NCBI GenBank assembly: GCA_963674705.1
Contig: OY771506.1
Coordinates: forward strand, 3,424,001-3,488,000
DNA from: Phycisphaeraceae bacterium
Lineage (GTDB): Bacteria > Planctomycetota > Phycisphaerae > Phycisphaerales > Phycisphaeraceae
DNA length: 64,000 bases
Direction: 5' to 3'
Positions 19,659-30,409 of the stretch are shown one piece after another. Position numbers and translations under genes: made by a program. How positions within the stretch are numbered: the first letter of the stretch is position 1; each line of letters begins with the position of its first letter. A model generated the notes under the pieces. It ran no database searches and was not told the origin of the DNA. It was given only the letters and a program-made list of their open reading frames with translations.

Positions 19659-20216
19659 ATGCGTTTCGGACCACGAGAAGCCGTGTTCATTCTGCTGCTG
19701 CTGGCCCTGCCCGTAGCGATGTACTTCTTCGTCATCAAGCGTGGCGCGATCGAGATCGCCGAGGCACGCAAGGAGATCGCCGCCAAGGAAGCGAAACTCG
19801 ATGAACTGGAAACAGCTCTAAAGAACATCGATGACCTTGGCAGTGAGATCGACAGGTTGCGTGAAGCCATCACGCTTGTTGAACAGAAGCTGCCCGCTCA
19901 GCGCGATGTCGAGACTGTCCTGCGCGATGTCTGGCGTCTTGCGGCTGAAAACAAGTTGACGCCCAAGAGCGTCCGTACAGACAAGATCGTCGACTCCGGC
20001 CAATACGCCGAGCTGCCGATCAAGATGACGATCGTCGGGGATTTTGCGGGTTTCTACACCTTCCTCCAGGAACTGGAGAAACTGCCACGAATCACCCGCA
20101 CACCCCAGATGAAACTCGAAAAAGACCAGAAGGGCGATGGTGTGATGGAAGCCGAGATGATCCTGAGCATCTACTTTGAGGGTAATAAGAGCCAAGCCAG
20201 CGCCAAAGCAGGCTAA
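19659..20216 (+). CDS. pilO: PilO-domain protein
   Basis: TM, coiled coil, KLP....VETVL, ELPIKM...GDF..FYTFL..LEKLPRI. Confidence 0.85.
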   Translation: MRFGPREAVFILLLLALPVAMYFFVIKRGAIEIAEARKEIAAKEAKLDELETALKNIDDLGSEIDRLREAITLVEQKLPAQRDVETVLRDVWRLAAENKLTPKSVRTDKIVDSGQYAELPIKMTIVGDFAGFYTFLQELEKLPRITRTPQMKLEKDQKGDGVMEAEMILSIYFEGNKSQASAKAG

Positions 20217-20234
20217 ACGATAGGGAGATATCGC

Positions 20235-20960
20235 ATGAGCGATTTTCAGGAAGAACAGAACGCACTGATCCCCAACGAGATTGACGACGATGATGCGGTG
20301 TCCATGACGCTCAGCAGCATCGGGCGCGGTGACGCTGAGTTGGATAACCTGGATGTCGGATCAGATTCCGGCGGCGGCGGTCTGCTGTCCAACACCACGC
20401 TGATCATCGTGGTTGTGGCGGTGGTTGCGGCCGGCAGCCTCTATCTGATGCGCGCCACGCAAACCAGCCTCACCGGAGGCCAGGAAGTCAGCGATATTGA
20501 AACCAAGATCGCAACAACTCTGGCTAGGCTCAATTCGCCCACGCTGCTGGAAGAAGGCGACCCGCTCAAGGCTGAAAACCTTAGCGCGCTGCTGACGCCC
20601 ACCGAGGACGTCACCGCCATCTTCGAACATGACGTACGCGATCAGCAGGTCCCGATCGAGCAGGTCAAGAAAGACCCGTTCTCGCTGGCGATGGGTGACA
20701 ACACGCTCGAGGCCACACAGGTCAATAACGCCGCCGAACAACTCGACAAGCAGTTGGAGAAGTACCGCAACGAAGTCGGCCGGCTCGACCTGCAATCCAT
20801 CATGGTTGGCTCAAAGAACATTGCCGTCATCGGCGGTGAGTTTTATAAACAGGGTGATCATGTCGGTAGCTTCAGAATTACCGGCATCGATAAGTTTACC
20901 GTCTACCTCGAAGCCAGCGGCGCTCCCTTCGAGCTGAAACTTGACCAGGCAGGACGTTAA
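20235..20960 (+). CDS. PilP/GspC-like membrane protein
   Basis: Acidic N-terminus, single TM, KDPF motif, LQSIM....AVIGG.FYKQGD; follows pilO. Confidence 0.55.
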   Translation: MSDFQEEQNALIPNEIDDDDAVSMTLSSIGRGDAELDNLDVGSDSGGGGLLSNTTLIIVVVAVVAAGSLYLMRATQTSLTGGQEVSDIETKIATTLARLNSPTLLEEGDPLKAENLSALLTPTEDVTAIFEHDVRDQQVPIEQVKKDPFSLAMGDNTLEATQVNNAAEQLDKQLEKYRNEVGRLDLQSIMVGSKNIAVIGGEFYKQGDHVGSFRITGIDKFTVYLEASGAPFELKLDQAGR

Positions 20961-21017
20961 CAACAACGGATTAATCGATCGCAACGATAACCTCACGGGT
21001 ACTCAAAAGGGCACGCG

Positions 21018-22829
21018 ATGATGTACGACAACGCTAATGACCAGAACGAAAACTGGTCCGCGATCCCACAATCCGTGGCGTCGACTAATCTCTATACGCC
21101 CGACGGTCAGGAGGAACAGACCTCACTTGCCCAGGACCTTGGACACGTTCTGCTTAGTGAAAAAGCGATCGATGGAGAACAACTGACCAGCGCACGGTCT
21201 GTGCTTGAAAAGTCTCCCGGTAAACGTCTTGCCGACGTCTTCCTGGAGATGGGCGTTAACGAGGCCGACGTTCAGAAAGCGCGTGCGAAGATCACCGGCG
21301 TGAAGTTTATGCACCTTGAAGAGGGGGATGTCGTCGCCGATCGCCAGATCAGCCGACTAGGCTATGACTTCTGCCAGGCGCATGGCGTGCTGCCGATCCG
21401 TAAGGACGGACCTCGGTTGATCCTGGGTGTGGTCGATCCCGACCACCTGCCCATCATCGATGAGATCCGCCACAAGTTGAATATGCCTATCCGGACAGTG
21501 ATTATCTGCCCCGGCGAACTTGGACAGTACATCGAGATGTCCAAGGAGATGGCTAACGAGGCTCAAGAAGAAAACACAGTCGATGAGATCATCGCCGGCA
21601 TCGAGGAAGACGACGTCGAGGTCGTCCAGTCCAAAGACGAGGAGATGGACCTTGAAAAGATGGCCGGCGAAAGCCCGGTCATCCGTTTCGTGAACTACCT
21701 GATCTTCAACGCCGTCAAAGAAGGCGCGTCCGACATCCACATCGAGCCGATGGAGAAAAAGCTCCAGATCCGCTACCGCATCGATGGCGTGATGTTCGAC
21801 TCCATGAGCCCGCCCAATCACATGAAGGCGGCCATCGTCTCGCGTATCAAGATCATGGCCAACCTCGATATCTCCGAGCGGCGTCTGCCACAAGACGGCC
21901 GCATCCGCGCGATGGTTCACGGCCGCAAACTCGACCTGCGTGTCTCCACCCTCCCCATGGTGCAGGGCGAGAAGGTCGTTATGCGTATCCTTGATACCCG
22001 TTCGATCCAGGTCGACCTGAACGATCTTGGTATGGATGAAGATACGCTTCTGATGTGGCGGCACCAGATCGATCAGCCGCACGGCATCGTGCTTGTCACC
22101 GGTCCGACCGGTTCCGGTAAAACGACCACGCTGTATGCCTCACTCGGCAAGATGGATCGTAGCAAGCTTAATATCTCGACCGCTGAAGACCCCGTTGAAT
22201 ATCACCTTAATGGGATTAACCAGACACAGATCCACGAGAAGATCGGCATGACCTTTGCGTCGGCCCTTCGCGCCCTGCTGCGTCAGGACCCGGACGTGAT
22301 CATGGTCGGTGAAATCCGCGACACCGAAACGGCTAAGATCGCCATCCAGGCATCGCTGACAGGGCACCTCGTGCTTTCCACCTTGCACACCAACGACGCA
22401 CCCAGCAGCGTGACACGTCTGATCAATATCGGTGTCGAGCCGTACCTGATCGGTAGCGCCGTAAACGCTACGTTGGCCCAGCGTCTTGTCCGTAAGATTT
22501 GTGAGCATTGCAAAACCATGGTTAAACCCGCAGGCGACCTCGCCGACCACCTCGCGATGCACGGCATCAACGCGACGGAAGTCGCCAAGGGCGAGGGCTG
22601 CGACAGATGCCGCAACTCCGGCTATTCGGGTCGACTCGGCCTCTACGAACTGCTCGTTCTCGACGACAACATGCGCGACAAGATCGCCGGCAACCCGAAC
22701 GTCACCGAGTTCCGGCGTATGTGCGTCGAGCGAGGCATGGTCACCCTGCGTGAGGACGGTTTCAAAAAGGTCGCCGCCGGCCTGACCACCGTCGACGAAA
22801 TCCTCCGCGTCACCGAAAGCACGATCTGA
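21018..22829 (+). CDS. pilB: PilB/GspE family assembly ATPase
   Basis: ASDIHIEP, RLPQDG, GPTGSGKTT, EDPVE, LRQDPD, TLHTN, tetracysteine CEHC..CDRC. Confidence 0.9.
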   Translation: MMYDNANDQNENWSAIPQSVASTNLYTPDGQEEQTSLAQDLGHVLLSEKAIDGEQLTSARSVLEKSPGKRLADVFLEMGVNEADVQKARAKITGVKFMHLEEGDVVADRQISRLGYDFCQAHGVLPIRKDGPRLILGVVDPDHLPIIDEIRHKLNMPIRTVIICPGELGQYIEMSKEMANEAQEENTVDEIIAGIEEDDVEVVQSKDEEMDLEKMAGESPVIRFVNYLIFNAVKEGASDIHIEPMEKKLQIRYRIDGVMFDSMSPPNHMKAAIVSRIKIMANLDISERRLPQDGRIRAMVHGRKLDLRVSTLPMVQGEKVVMRILDTRSIQVDLNDLGMDEDTLLMWRHQIDQPHGIVLVTGPTGSGKTTTLYASLGKMDRSKLNISTAEDPVEYHLNGINQTQIHEKIGMTFASALRALLRQDPDVIMVGEIRDTETAKIAIQASLTGHLVLSTLHTNDAPSSVTRLINIGVEPYLIGSAVNATLAQRLVRKICEHCKTMVKPAGDLADHLAMHGINATEVAKGEGCDRCRNSGYSGRLGLYELLVLDDNMRDKIAGNPNVTEFRRMCVERGMVTLREDGFKKVAAGLTTVDEILRVTESTI

Positions 22830-22991
22830 CCAAACAGTTTGATGAATACTGATTTACCTGTTTAGCGACGCAGCATGCTGGGATGGGGCCACAAGTGGCC
22901 TCGCTTAACGGTATGAGATTCACTTGCCCATCCAACTCCTGATACCATACGGCAATCTACATTGCACCTTGGATTCACGGAGTATCTGCTG

Positions 22992-24482
22992 ATGACAAAA
23001 CGCTGCATGACTCTCGTAGTGGTTTCGCTCGTATTTATATTAACTTCTGCACTGCCGGCATTCGCCCTCGAACCAGTGGACTCGGATGGCCTGACAAATG
23101 CCCTCGACACGCTCATCGAGAACCACCCGGCTAACAAACGAACCACCATCTATCTCAAGGTCGTCGACCTTGAAACAGGCGAAGTCCTCTACGACCGTGG
23201 TGGCGACAAACTTCTGGTTCCCGCGTCCAACCTCAAAATCTATACCGCATCGACAGCCTTGGACCTGCTCGGGCCGGATTACCAATGGACGACGGAGATC
23301 GTCAGTCACAGAAAGCCCAAGCGGGGAGTTCTGCAAGGTAATCTGTACATCCGAGGTACAGGCGACCCGATGCTTGATACAGATCAGCTCGCTCAGATGG
23401 CTGATGAACTGGTCAAAAAATACAAACTTAAAAAAGTGATCGGAGGTGTCGGGGTAAGCGGAAGTCCACGATGGGATAACGTTCCGCTTAAGGGCCCGGG
23501 CTGGATGTGGGACGACGATCCTGACTATTACAACATGTCGATCAGGCCCGTCATGCTTAACTTCAATACGATCAAATTTACCATAACGCCCGGCGATGAC
23601 GGGGCCGTTGTGACAGCCGAACCACCCTCAGACTGGCCCCCATTACAGATCATCCGTGAGACGCCGGACGGTAAACCCTCGGTCCGTTTCGAGAGAGATG
23701 ACTTTAAGGAGGATATCCGAATTACCGCCGTACCTGCTCCAGACGCAAAGCCCGAAAGCGAGACCATCACGATGCATGATCCTTCCCTCTGGATCGCATC
23801 CGTTTTCAAACGCATGCTCGAAGATCGTGGGGTGACTTTTGAAGGTGAATGGGTAATGGACGGGATGGCAGAACAAGTACTTGTTTCACATCAAGGCAAA
23901 ACACTCACCGAAGCCATGCGCCACTTCCTGCGCGTCAGTGAAAACGCGGTAGGGGAGATGACGCTTCTCAAACTCGCCGAGACCCAAACCGAAGAAGATG
24001 TCTCCTGGCCCGCAGGCGCCAAGGTCATCACCGATTGGTTAGTCAATACCGTCGGCCTCGAGCCCGACTCGTTCTACATCGTCGACGGCTCGGGCCTGTC
24101 CCGCTACAACCGCATTTCCGCCGATTCGTCTGTCAAACTGCTCGCCTTCATGAAAAAGCACAAGCACTTCGAGCCGTTCTTCGACGGCCTCAATGAGTAC
24201 GAAGTGCCTTTCCCGCAAGGCGAAAAATGGGAGGGCGTTCCGCTCGCAGAATTCGACAACGAACGCGTCTTCGCCAAATCAGGCGGCATGCGCAGCGTCG
24301 CCACGCTCTCCGGCTACGCCCAAACACTGGACGGCCGATGGCTCGCTTTCTCCTTCCTCACCAACGGTTACTACGGCAGCAACAAGCCCGTCTTCGACCT
24401 GCGCAGCAAGGTCTGGACGCAGCTTGTCCGGTACCGTCCGGCGCCAGTCACCGCTGTGAAGGATGAGTTCATTGTCCCTTGA
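22992..24482 (+). CDS. dacB: D-alanyl-D-alanine carboxypeptidase/endopeptidase (PBP4, peptidase S13)
   Basis: Signal peptide, PASNLK (SxxK), SEN (SxN), DGSGLSR, KSG (KTG-equivalent). Confidence 0.92.
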   Translation: MTKRCMTLVVVSLVFILTSALPAFALEPVDSDGLTNALDTLIENHPANKRTTIYLKVVDLETGEVLYDRGGDKLLVPASNLKIYTASTALDLLGPDYQWTTEIVSHRKPKRGVLQGNLYIRGTGDPMLDTDQLAQMADELVKKYKLKKVIGGVGVSGSPRWDNVPLKGPGWMWDDDPDYYNMSIRPVMLNFNTIKFTITPGDDGAVVTAEPPSDWPPLQIIRETPDGKPSVRFERDDFKEDIRITAVPAPDAKPESETITMHDPSLWIASVFKRMLEDRGVTFEGEWVMDGMAEQVLVSHQGKTLTEAMRHFLRVSENAVGEMTLLKLAETQTEEDVSWPAGAKVITDWLVNTVGLEPDSFYIVDGSGLSRYNRISADSSVKLLAFMKKHKHFEPFFDGLNEYEVPFPQGEKWEGVPLAEFDNERVFAKSGGMRSVATLSGYAQTLDGRWLAFSFLTNGYYGSNKPVFDLRSKVWTQLVRYRPAPVTAVKDEFIVP

Positions 24483-24561
24483 AATGTAGGCTTTTCCCAG
24501 CCATACTATCTGTCGGCACTGTTGGAACAGTAGGGCAATCACACCCCTTGGGAACGCACGG

Positions 24562-26322
24562 ATGCTCCGCGAACTACACATCCAGAACCTCGCTGTCATC
24601 GAAGATGCACAGGTCGACTTCGCGCCCGGTCTCAACGTCTTCACCGGCCAGACCGGGGCGGGCAAGAGCCTCGTCATCGGTGCCTTCGAGATCCTGCTGG
24701 GCCTGCGGACGGCCGCAGACATGCTGCGCCCCGGCGCTGAACAGGCACTAGTGACCGGACTGTTTGAGGTGGCCGATCCACAGATCGCATCGCAACTTGC
24801 CGCCGTATTGGATCAATCCGACGAAGATTGCGAGCAACTGCTGATCAAGCGAAAGCTCTTTGCCTCCGGCCGATCCAGCGTCTCCATCAACGGCCTGCCC
24901 GTGACAAACCCCATGGTCAAACAGGTCGGCCAACTTCTTGTCGACATCCACGGCCAGCACGACCATCAGCACCTGCTCAAACCCTCCAATCAGCTGCACA
25001 TCCTCGACGCCTTCGCAAAGTGCACAGAAGAACGCCGGCGTTTCGCTGAAGGGATCACGGAACTTCGGCAATTGATCCAGACACGCGAAGAGCTTTCTGC
25101 CGGTGCGGACCTGCGTCGCCAGCAGTTGGAGCTATACGAATTCCAGGCAGATGAAATCGATGCCGCCGTACCCGGGGAAGGGGAGTTCCCCGAGTTACAG
25201 GCACGACATCGCGTGTTGGCCAGCTTACAGAAGATCAAGCAGGATGCAGGCAACGCTCACGCCGCGCTGTACGAGGCAGAGGGATCGGTCGCTGAACGTT
25301 TGCAGGTCATCACCCACCTTCTGATCGACCTGGCGGAACTCGATCCGCAACTTGGTGATATTACCGAACAGGTCCGCACTTCAACACTCGCTCTGCAGGA
25401 GGCCGCCTTCGAGTTGGGACGCTACGTCGACCGGCTCGATCACGATCCATCTGAAGCCGCGGAAGTCGATGAACGTTTAAACATACTCAACCGCCTTGTC
25501 AGTAAATACGGTGACGGCAGCAAGAGCGATGACCCGGTCCTTCCGGTGCTGGCATACCGCGAGCAGATCGGCGAGAAGATAGAAATACTGCGTTCGCAGG
25601 ACAGCGATCAGTCCGGCATTGATCAGCATATCGAAGCCTGCCACGCTGAATTAGTCACGATCGCCCAGAAGCTTTCAGTAGCGCGTAAAGCCGCAGCCGC
25701 CAAGGTTGTACCACTGGTGCAGAGCCAATTCAAAGAGCTGGGCATGGCTGAAGCCGCGTTCGATATCGCTTTCGAAAAGCTCTCGCTCGATGACAATCCC
25801 AGTTCGTCGGGCTTGGACGCGGTTGAGATGCTCGTGCAGACAAACCCGGGTCAACCGGTACAGCCATTACGCAAGATCGCCTCTGGCGGCGAGATGTCCC
25901 GCATCATGCTCGCGATCAAATCCGTACTCGCCAGCAGCGACCGGATCAGCGTGCTGGTTTTCGACGAGATCGATGCCAACATTGGCGGACGTCTCGGTAC
26001 CGTCATCGGTAAGAAGCTCCAGAAACTCGCCGGACACAACGGTCGAGTGCGATCAGGCAATACCAATACGGCTCAAGCAACTGCAGGCCAACAGGTGTTG
26101 TGCATCACACACCTGCCGCAGATCGCCGCCTTCGCTGACAATCACCTGCGCATCAGTAAAACCGTCACAGGCAAAGGAAAGTCACGCCAAACGCATACCA
26201 CGGTATCCCCCGTCACCGGCAAGACGCGCGTCGAAGAACTCGCAGAAATGATGGCGGGTAAAGATGTCACCGACACCACACGTAAGCAGGCCCGTGAATT
26301 GATATCTGCGGCAGATAAATAA
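24562..26322 (+). CDS. recN: DNA repair protein RecN
   Basis: TGQTGAGKS, DIHGQH, ASGGEMSR, FDEID, ITHLPQ. Confidence 0.97.
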   Translation: MLRELHIQNLAVIEDAQVDFAPGLNVFTGQTGAGKSLVIGAFEILLGLRTAADMLRPGAEQALVTGLFEVADPQIASQLAAVLDQSDEDCEQLLIKRKLFASGRSSVSINGLPVTNPMVKQVGQLLVDIHGQHDHQHLLKPSNQLHILDAFAKCTEERRRFAEGITELRQLIQTREELSAGADLRRQQLELYEFQADEIDAAVPGEGEFPELQARHRVLASLQKIKQDAGNAHAALYEAEGSVAERLQVITHLLIDLAELDPQLGDITEQVRTSTLALQEAAFELGRYVDRLDHDPSEAAEVDERLNILNRLVSKYGDGSKSDDPVLPVLAYREQIGEKIEILRSQDSDQSGIDQHIEACHAELVTIAQKLSVARKAAAAKVVPLVQSQFKELGMAEAAFDIAFEKLSLDDNPSSSGLDAVEMLVQTNPGQPVQPLRKIASGGEMSRIMLAIKSVLASSDRISVLVFDEIDANIGGRLGTVIGKKLQKLAGHNGRVRSGNTNTAQATAGQQVLCITHLPQIAAFADNHLRISKTVTGKGKSRQTHTTVSPVTGKTRVEELAEMMAGKDVTDTTRKQARELISAADK

Positions 26323-26341
26323 GTTTATTAGCGTTCTCGGA

Positions 26342-28909
26342 TCAGGCTGCGAGTGAAATGCCCGAGTTGTTCTGACGGATATACTTCTCCGCAACTTCTG
26401 CACTCAATGGCTTGGCAAACAGATAACCCTGTCCCCATGTACAATTGATCGATTGCAGCGCGCCTACCACATATTGTGACTCAATACCTTCGGCTACTGT
26501 TTGGATGTTCAGATTATCCGCCAGACTGGTGATTGATGTCACTACCGCCAGCAATGATCGGTCACGGTCCAGCACACGGATGAAAGCCTGGTCGATCTTC
26601 AGAATATCGATCGGATATTCGTGCAATGCACTCAGCGATGACACGCCGGTCCCGAAGTCGTCCATTGCGATCTTGAAGCCGTTCTCACGTAACTTATGAA
26701 GCAGGGGGATCACCTCATCGCGGTTATTCGCGATCGTGCTCTCGGTGATCTCCAGGTGTAACTCGTCATCACCAAGTTGATGCCGCTCTTTGCATGCTAA
26801 AATTTCTGGAATAAAAGATTGGCTGAGCAGCTGCTGTTTTGTGATGTTGATGTTCATCGATACCGGTAGAATCAGGCTCAGTTCCTTATTCCACTTGGCA
26901 ATTTGTGCCGCAGCTGTATCCATCACCCAGCGCCCGATCTCCACGATCATGCCTGTGTCTTCCGCGACGGGGATAAAGTCGGCAGGGTTTACCAGTCCTT
27001 GTCCCGGACGATCCCAACGCAATAGTGCCTCGAATCCCTTGAGACGACCGCTCTCAAGGTCAACAATCGGCTGGTATACAAGGAAGAACTGGTTGCCCGC
27101 CGTTAACGCCAGTTGCAGGTCCGCCTCCAGACGCATGCGGTCCATCGCTGAAACATGCATGTTCCGGTCAAAGATCGTAACCTGGGCTTTGCCGGCACCC
27201 TTCGCCTGGTACATCGCCACATCCGCGTCGCGGATCATCGCATCGGCGTCATCATACGGATGCTCGCTAGTCACCAGACCGATACTCGCCGTAGACACGA
27301 TCAAGAAGTCATCCAATCGGTGCGGCGCCGAAAGGATGTCCAGCAACGCCCTGGCGGTTAGCTCCGCCTCGAACCAGCTGGCCAGGTTCTTTAACAGCAC
27401 GACAAACTCATCCCCGCCAAAACGCGCTACGACGTCTTCCACGCTAAGGCACTGACGCAGGCGCTTGGCGATATCGCACAGCAAGGCATCACCCACGCGG
27501 TGACCAAGGCTGTCATTCACCACCTTGAACCGGTCAAAGTCCAGAAACAGCACCGCGTATCGGCTGCCATCTTTGTTGGATATCTGCATCTGCTCACACA
27601 AGATGTCCATGAACATCGCGCGGTTCGGCAGCCCGGTCAGTTCGTCGGTGGTCGCCGCTACTTCTAGACGGCTCATCACTGCTTCAAGTTCTTTGCGGAC
27701 CGCCTGCTCACGGCTTAAGGCTGCAGCGAGATTATTGTTCTTACAACGTAATTCGTTTTCTCGCAGAACGATCGTCTGATCGACTTTGCGAAGCGAGGTG
27801 TATAGGAACAAGATCAGCAGGACAAAACAGGCCAGCCCGATCCCCGTGCCGATGATCGTGACCTTCTTCAGCCTTGCCATCACCTCGGTGACATCATTGA
27901 ATACAAATAATTCCCCTACAATACTGCCCGATGCATCAGAGATCGGTTTCGACATGACGTTCCACCATTGGCCGTCCACATGTTCCAGGCTTGAAGGATG
28001 TGTGTGTGGCTCAGTGTGGTCATGCGAGAATGACTGGTTTCCTGATTTCAATGGGTATTGCGGATCATCCAGGATGGTCTGTTTCAGCAATCTACCCCAA
28101 TCAGGTTTACTTTCCATGGAATTGAAGATCAGGACTTCGTCCCGGGATTGCTCCCAGTTCGCATCGTGATGCAGCATCTGCATGCCGCGTTCCCAGTTCT
28201 CGCGGTCCAGGTTCTGCTTGTGAATCGATACGGCCATCTCAAGGTTTCGGCCGTTGCACGTCGCCATAAGAACATCTTCGATTTCCTGACCCAGTTCCAG
28301 GTAACCGATGATCTGGTTTTCCGAGTCGCGCACCGGTCTGACCACACGCAATGTGAAAGTCCCGAGAGGCCCCAGCTCGATGCCGGAAGCGATTTCGCCG
28401 GTAACCATCGCCTGGCGCATCGTTTCTCGATTGATGGTGTCACCAAATCGCTGCGGTTGGTGTACGCGCAGGATATTCACACCCTCGGTGTTGTGATAGT
28501 AGAAGTGCGTGATGCTGTGAAGTCGGTTGACATGAGTGAACAGAGGCCCGCCGATCTCTAACAACTTCCGTCGGTCCTGCATCTTGAGCGCGTGCTGCAT
28601 CGCAGGATCGGTTACATAAACTTCCTGCAAGGCCGTGATCAGTCTCGTCCGATCCGCCAGCCCACGCTCCAGATCATAAACCGCCATCTCCAGATTGCGC
28701 TCGCCTGCTTGCCGCAGATTGGCTTGAAAGACCGAATAAAAGGCTGCGGTAAAACAACCCATGATAAGCACGAGAACAACGATCAACGGAATTAACAGCC
28801 GCCGCCGTGTTGGCTTGGTGGCGTGTTCCGACGTGACTGTTTCAGATTCATCAAAGACGGCTACTTCGGTATCCGTTCGTGTAATCTGCTCTGTTCGTTG
28901 TTCCGCCAT
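26342..28909 (-). CDS. Membrane dCache-type sensor + diguanylate cyclase (GGDEF) + phosphodiesterase (EAL)
   Basis: Two TMs flanking LRVHQP..FGD..GIELG..GTFTLRVV; DELTGLPNR, ARFGGDEF, FEALLRW, DDFGTG, VAEGIE. Confidence 0.93.
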   Translation of the reverse strand: MAEQRTEQITRTDTEVAVFDESETVTSEHATKPTRRRLLIPLIVVLVLIMGCFTAAFYSVFQANLRQAGERNLEMAVYDLERGLADRTRLITALQEVYVTDPAMQHALKMQDRRKLLEIGGPLFTHVNRLHSITHFYYHNTEGVNILRVHQPQRFGDTINRETMRQAMVTGEIASGIELGPLGTFTLRVVRPVRDSENQIIGYLELGQEIEDVLMATCNGRNLEMAVSIHKQNLDRENWERGMQMLHHDANWEQSRDEVLIFNSMESKPDWGRLLKQTILDDPQYPLKSGNQSFSHDHTEPHTHPSSLEHVDGQWWNVMSKPISDASGSIVGELFVFNDVTEVMARLKKVTIIGTGIGLACFVLLILFLYTSLRKVDQTIVLRENELRCKNNNLAAALSREQAVRKELEAVMSRLEVAATTDELTGLPNRAMFMDILCEQMQISNKDGSRYAVLFLDFDRFKVVNDSLGHRVGDALLCDIAKRLRQCLSVEDVVARFGGDEFVVLLKNLASWFEAELTARALLDILSAPHRLDDFLIVSTASIGLVTSEHPYDDADAMIRDADVAMYQAKGAGKAQVTIFDRNMHVSAMDRMRLEADLQLALTAGNQFFLVYQPIVDLESGRLKGFEALLRWDRPGQGLVNPADFIPVAEDTGMIVEIGRWVMDTAAAQIAKWNKELSLILPVSMNINITKQQLLSQSFIPEILACKERHQLGDDELHLEITESTIANNRDEVIPLLHKLRENGFKIAMDDFGTGVSSLSALHEYPIDILKIDQAFIRVLDRDRSLLAVVTSITSLADNLNIQTVAEGIESQYVVGALQSINCTWGQGYLFAKPLSAEVAEKYIRQNNSGISLAA

Positions 28910-29332
28910 CTTGGACCTTCAACTACCCCTGTTACACTTCCGCTATTAGGCTTCAATCGCACTTGCGAGACGAACCGCACAAGTTCTACGCACTTATGAC
29001 ACCAGATGTGCCTGATATCAGGCACCCGCCGATGACGAATAAACCAAACCGCCATACCTGTAAGTACTTTTACTAATCGGCAATAATGTGGCAAAGATTG
29101 ATGTCAATGAGCAACGAATGCGCCCGGATTGACACAACAGCCAAAGATATCAGACGTGATTATTATTGGTCTCGGATCGGTGTATAAAACCCTATGTATG
29201 TGTGGATATTTTGATCAATGGCGTAGATTAACCTGTTACAGAAAACCACGAATATAAGCCGAAGTGTTATTAAGCATCTGCCCCCGGGATAGGCACTTCA
29301 CAGGAGCATAATGCCATTGCATCTGCACGCGC

Positions 29333-29362
29333 AAAATAAAACCCCGACAGAAAGCCGGGGTT
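29333..29362 (-). terminator. Intrinsic terminator of the PEP-CTERM gene
   Basis: Minus strand AACCCCGGC-TTTCT-GTCGGGGTTTTATTTT. Confidence 0.75.
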
Positions 29363-29388
29363 CGTTGTGGGATTGAAGTCTTTGTTAA

Positions 29389-30123
29389 TCAGCGACGACG
29401 AAGCATCGCGATGCAGCCCATGCTCAACAGTGCCAGGCTTGCCGGTTCGGGAATCAGCACGGTGAAGTTGCTCGTACCCGAAGCCGAGTCGAGGCTCGAC
29501 AGGGTGAACGAGTAGTTGGACTGGATGCTGCTGACCGCGGCGGGGATCACGACGAACGGCGGGTTGCCGTTGTCAGCCGATGTCGAGCCGCCGCCGATAT
29601 TGATGTTGCCGATCTCTTCGGTGAAGACGACGCTGCCGTTATACATCGCACGGTACATGCCGTTGACGTTTGGTGCCTTGACGGTCAACGCGGCACCGTT
29701 CAGGTTATTATCCGTCAACGTCATCGCGGTCGTTGCTTTGCCCAACGGGTTGTTCAGCGTCGGGAAAGAGACCACCGCCGAACTGATCGTGAAGTTCGTG
29801 TCCGAAGCGCCGGCGGTCACCGCGAAGTTCAAAATCACCTGCGGATCACCGTCAAGCGTGATCTCCAGATCATCGATCGTAGCGATCACATCATTGTTCG
29901 GTCCGCCACGCAGTTCCATGGCATTGCCTAAAGCCCACTGCGCTTTCAACGCAGCGGCGGTCGGCAACGGCGCACTGTAGCTGGCCGTACCAGTGGCGTT
30001 GGTAGCCTCAATCGTGATGTAGGAACCAATGAAGTCAGCGCTGGCGGTGCTGATAAACGATGCAACGGCAAATGCAATCGCCGCACTAGTTGCGAATAAT
30101 TTGCTCATTCGGATTGGCGTCAT
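29389..30123 (-). CDS. PEP-CTERM sorting-domain surface protein
   Basis: Signal peptide ending ASA, Ser/Thr/Asn-rich body, IPEPASLALLSMGCIAMLRRR; GGAGAAAGG RBS. Confidence 0.9.
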   Translation of the reverse strand: MTPIRMSKLFATSAAIAFAVASFISTASADFIGSYITIEATNATGTASYSAPLPTAAALKAQWALGNAMELRGGPNNDVIATIDDLEITLDGDPQVILNFAVTAGASDTNFTISSAVVSFPTLNNPLGKATTAMTLTDNNLNGAALTVKAPNVNGMYRAMYNGSVVFTEEIGNINIGGGSTSADNGNPPFVVIPAAVSSIQSNYSFTLSSLDSASGTSNFTVLIPEPASLALLSMGCIAMLRRR

Positions 30124-30207
30124 GGCCTTTCTCCCAAAGGTTGATAACTGCACATAAGAGATCGAGTGCTGCGTTTACTCAACAGCCATGTCTTAACTTG
30201 TGTAAAT

Positions 30208-30236
30208 ATCTTACCCCATCCAAACTACCTACTCAA
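30208..30236 (-). promoter_or_regulatory. Sigma70-type promoter of the PEP-CTERM gene
   Basis: Minus strand TTGAGT-17 nt-TAAGAT. Confidence 0.45.
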
Positions 30237-30409
30237 TAGGTTTTACCTTATTTAACTATAATTTATGAGGGATTCCTGGGTGAGAACGGGTCTCAGAGAG
30301 GTTGCGTTTATATTATCCTAAGTCCTGATGGAGCAATATATAAGCAACGTTTTACATCCAGATCGGCCCCTGATTGCACTCCGGGCTTCTTTGAAAGATC
30401 ATGTTTTTT

